A stretch of DNA of 64,000 nucleotides. Source: Mytilus edulis (Eukaryota). A model generated the notes under the pieces. The model worked only from the letters and a program-made list of their open reading frames with translations. It was not told the origin of the DNA and searched no databases. This document shows, piece after piece, positions 62,601 to 64,000 of this stretch; position 1 is the first letter of the stretch, and every line of letters starts with the position of its first letter. The DNA lies in the NCBI RefSeq assembly GCF_963676685.1, contig NC_092347.1, positions 86,304,001 to 86,368,000 of the forward strand, written 5' to 3'. Made by a program: the position numbers and the translations under genes.

Positions 62601-64000
62601 ACTCAAAAATTCATACTTTAGCTTAATGTTTTTGTGTAAAACTCTTTATTTTGGGAGGCATGCACATAATGTAGCATGTCACTAGAATTCCTTAGAGCCA
62701 TTCAATAACCTAAATATCTATTTCCTTAGGCCTATTTTACCTTTGTCTTCCATGTAAACAGACTCTCTTCTTCATCTGATATTTCTGAATAAGGAGCTGT
62801 TTTTTTCTAGAATAGACAAAATAAATTTAAATTTGATACATTTTAAAATTACTGAGAAAACAAAAGAAAATGCCTATTATGTGTGTAAGCGATATTATTT
62901 TTAACACCATAATCTCTAAATCTGTAATGTTTCAAGCAAACTAGGTTTACAAATTTTCGAGGGAGAAACTCACATACTAAAAGACAAAATTCTCTTTATT
63001 GTTTTAGCAAATTTGAGAAAAAGGCTTGAACATCTAATATGAAGATTATAACTTGAATAATCTGAGGAGGGAATTCTGACCATCTGTTTAAATCTTTTTT
63101 TCACCCCTATTTTTTCTCTTTAGTTTCTCATAGTTGTTAATTAACATAGTCAAAAATTTACCTCCAGAGTTTTTCCAATTTCCATAATTCGCTCCCGAAG
63201 TGATGTGCCTCTTCCTGTCGAGGCAGTCACATGACCACTGTCATGGAGACTAGATGGTCTTGGAGCAGCATAATTAACAGGGGCAGCATGGCTTTTTATC
63301 TCTTCTACAAAACCTGAAATAAATACAAATTTTATTTCAGAATTAACTCATCCTAGTGTCAAATCATGTCCCTTCAAATAAAATATGTATAAATAATAAT
63401 TTCAGAAAGTATGGCATTTTGAAATTTGTTGCTGAAACCGTGAATTGTAATTGACCAGGTAACATTTTGAAAGGAAATTGCAGCTTTTAATGAGGAAATG
63501 AATAATGTTTAAATTATTTGATCTTATTTTTCTATCAACACATTTTTTGTCAATTTCTCAGTTATTTTTTCAATTAAAGGAGCAACATGAAAATATCAAT
63601 CAGCTGTTGCCTGATAAATCAAAATGAAACGACCAGATATAAACTGTTCTTACCATGCATATCATCCCCACTGTTCTGTTCTGAGCTTGGTAGATAGTAC
63701 GATAAACTATCAGGAGTCTTAGAGACTGTAGATGGAGGCATCGTGTGGTGTTGTCCTGAGTGTGACTTTAACATATCAGTGCTGTCTGCTGAAAGGAACT
63801 TCCTCCTTTTCAGGACAGGACTTGATGTATTGGAATCTGTGCCATTCTGTGTCATTCCTTCACTCTCTGAAGGTAATTCTATACCAAGAACCAGTTCCTC
63901 TTCTTTGTTCCTGGTATCACCTGGTTTGCTGGAATGTAAACTAGTTGCTTGCCCAACTGTTATCCATTTTCTCTCCTGTGATTTCACAGGGAGGAGTGAT
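47629..64000 (-). CDS. RIMS-binding protein-like (coiled coil - SH3 - FN3 - SH3), 5' part outside the window; exons 63654..>64000, 63162..63313, 62741..62806, 62111..62173, 59052..59147, 58240..58386, 57351..57527, 56661..56828, 56149..56271, 54145..54240, 53522..53647, 52838..53024, 52232..52510, 49720..49823, 48882..49235, 48404..48469, 47629..47667
   Basis: Seventeen GT-AG exons with consistent phases, about 860 codons in the window. SH3-1: VVSDYDP..SPRLELQLNKGDNVLITGPLDDRGYFEAEVNGKVGLVP. FN3: PDPPQDF..LSWKPP..VTGYKIFVDG. SH3-2: GIYDYDPQKQSP...ELAFSAGD.ITIYG...DGYFYG.VDG..GLVPSYFVEE, which is RIMBP-type. Heptad-rich exons lie upstream. Confidence 0.85.
47755..48160 (+). mobile_element. Two decayed tandem units of a hammerhead-bearing (retrozyme/PLE-type) repeat
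   Basis: Two units share ..TTTGGCA(T/C)AA..TTTT.. and CACT(G/A)A..GTCT....(A/G)C....TCTGGC. The unit-2 core CTGATTG-GTCT-AAGT-AGAC-AGAA resembles CUGAUGA-stem II-GAAA. Family identity rests on recall of the mussel repeat consensus. Confidence 0.45.
50099..52051. mobile_element. ~1.95-kb HINE/Helentron-type non-autonomous element carrying internal satellite arrays
   Basis: Subterminal inverted repeat TTTATACGACCGCA (50124) and TGCGGTCGTATAAA (52037), (GAC)n microsatellite at about 51997-52012, and internal ~261-bp and ~160-bp tandem units. Confidence 0.8.
52732..52800 (-). pseudogene. Decayed duplicate (pseudo-exon) of the 3' third of the SH3-1 exon, including its donor
   Basis: Minus strand GGTAACAGTCCTTAATTAGAAATGTGA...CTTGTACAG|GTAACT aligns with the real exon AGTAACAGTCCTCGACTGGAACTACAA...CTTATTACAG|GTAAGT about 99 nt away. 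It contains stop codons. Confidence 0.7.
59649..60340 (-). mobile_element. HINE/Helentron-type element with a 168-bp internal tandem unit (about 3 copies) and a (GACG/GACT)n microsatellite
   Basis: AAGTGTTCGGTAAACAGG at 59728, 59896 and 60064; tetranucleotide microsatellite at 60207-60286; terminal hairpin TATACCCCCC...GGGGGTATA. A degenerate element of this type lies at about 58560-58970. Confidence 0.82.
60540..61410 (+). mobile_element. LINE 3' end (L2/Crack/CR1 group) with AATAAA and an (ATTCT)n tail
   Basis: GKLRTYCQFK..F.KENYL and ITKFRISSHRLKIETGRY...RICDKC...VEDELHFLIECP. A short duplication at about 60890-60928 causes the frameshift. Tail AATAAAAGATATTCTATTCTATTCTATTC. Confidence 0.88.
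61578..61819 (-). mobile_element. Short 3'-terminal fragment of the same Naiad-type PLE family
   Basis: Near-identical to the first ~240 nt of the copy at 34385 (AATAAAATTGAGAATGGAAATGGGG...GAGACAACAACCCGACC). Shorter copies lie at about 9475-9580 and 40255-40313. Confidence 0.88.

Overview
AT-rich, intron-rich animal genomic DNA. The dispersed repeat families and gene content point to a bivalve mollusc, most likely a Mytilus mussel (inferred, not proven). Genes were reconstructed by hand from GT-AG sites with phase checks: a secreted Gly/Tyr/Met-rich matrix protein (-, 2192-3154); an intronless class-A peptide GPCR (-, 10109-11125); a small 8-Cys secreted peptide (-, 12828-13037); a complete 10-exon TBRG1 (+, 15336-26636, 399 aa); three tandem, strongly diverged beta-microseminoprotein (MSMB/PSP94)-like genes (+, 32013-45562: canonical, C-domain-replaced and His-rich); and the 3' 17 exons of a RIMS-binding-protein-like gene (-, 47629 to beyond 64000). 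The most striking unexplained pattern is that tandem repeats recurrently begin exactly at real 5' splice sites and re-copy 'exon end + donor' into the intron. There are 13 copies in MSMB-like A (every second donor in frame), about 36 copies with a different unit at the homologous intron of MSMB-like C, 3 copies in TBRG1, and a decayed echo in the RIMBP-like gene. Intron 1 of MSMB-like A holds a Naiad-type Penelope-like retroelement with an in-frame TGA at a Cys position and two SECIS hairpins (candidate selenoprotein retrotransposon). The rest is MITEs, HINE/Helentron-type elements, LINE 3' ends and minisatellites.
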